IMG/VR virus record: IMGVR_UViG_3300034135_000005
Span: 1-40,667 of that record
Source of the DNA: a virus
DNA length: 40,667 nt
Reading direction: 5' to 3' (one strand)
Below are positions 40,519 through 40,667 of the stretch, in pieces (within the stretch, counting starts at the first letter, position 1; every line of letters starts with the position of its first letter). The position numbers and the translations under genes are program-made. Under the pieces are notes generated by a model. The model did no database searches. It worked only from the letters and a program-made list of their open reading frames with translations, and was not told where the DNA came from.

Positions 40519-40667
40519 GCACTGACGCACTGGCGCATGTTTGGAATGCGCGATGCCCTTCGGCCACGCACAAGTTGGTCCTGATATTTCTCGCGAACGG
40601 CACGCCGCAGCTCGGCTATGCCGCGAACCTCGAATGGATCGGCATGTGCGAGTTCGCCGGCTATGAC
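40515..40667 (+). CDS. 5' part of the HTH-HNH endonuclease gene (continues at 2-487 across the circular junction)
   Basis: GTG 40515 overlaps the rusA stop (GTGA). The frame is continuous with position 2 once 40541 is mapped onto position 1. Confidence 0.8.
   Translation, partial: MSTDALAHVWNARCPSATHKLVLIFLANGTPQLGYAANLEWIGMCEFAGYD
40541..40667 (+). repeat. Terminal overlap, identical to 1-127
   Basis: Exact 127/127 identity. Confidence 0.95.

Larger units (their letters stand above)
1..40667. mobile_element. Complete, circularly permuted temperate phage genome (HK97-type head, siphovirus/RcGTA-type tail, lambda-like immunity region, tyrosine integrase and attP)
   Basis: Full set of head, tail, lysis, integration, recombination, immunity and replication modules. 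The ends overlap by 127 identical nt and one ORF continues across the junction. Confidence 0.85.

Noticed and set aside
1-40667. CRISPR arrays, rRNA or complete tRNA genes
   Set aside because: No regularly spaced direct repeats and no rRNA-like or full cloverleaf sequences were seen on either strand.

Overview
The window is one complete temperate tailed-phage genome, assembled as a circle: bases 1-127 are identical to 40541-40667, so the unique length is about 40,540 bp and one gene wraps the junction. It is high-GC and looks alphaproteobacterial. All family names are motif recognition by eye; nothing was searched.

Layout:
- Rightward early/replication genes (35749 through the junction to 2669): Cro-like, T5orf172/GIY-YIG-like multi-HTH protein, PAPS-reductase-like, DnaA-domain-IV protein, RusA, HTH-HNH, replication initiator. 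They end at a strong terminator (2715-2753).
- Late operon (2895-25210): HNH, candidate cos region, TerS/TerL, portal, protease and HK97-type capsid, head-tail joining genes, RcGTA-type tail module, J-like protein, S74 tail fibre, lysis cassette with overlapping spanins.
- Small leftward accessory island (25207-27038).
- attP (27066-27305): the 5' half of tRNA-Pro(UGG) flanked by a perfect 17-bp direct repeat, followed by int and xis.
- Leftward early operon (34986 down to 28189): Erf, YqaJ exonuclease, DUF968-like nuclease and an FtsK-gamma protein.
- Lambda-like immunity region: a CI-like repressor (35200-35679) between two clusters of ATAAACG/CGTTTAT sites.

Most unusual observations:
1. 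Three co-oriented copies, plus one partial inverted copy, of an 80-85 nt element made of GAA-loop mini-hairpins. Each full copy forms the C-terminal ~30 codons of an unrelated ORF.
2. attP carries the 5' half of the tRNA rather than the usual 3' part.
3. A compact C5-methyltransferase-like gene heads the accessory island next to attP, and the island's HTH gene is interrupted by an in-frame amber codon.
4. A 1.3-kb insertion (secreted protein plus HNH) separates the tail chaperone from the tape measure gene, and a reverse-strand gene is embedded in the tail operon.
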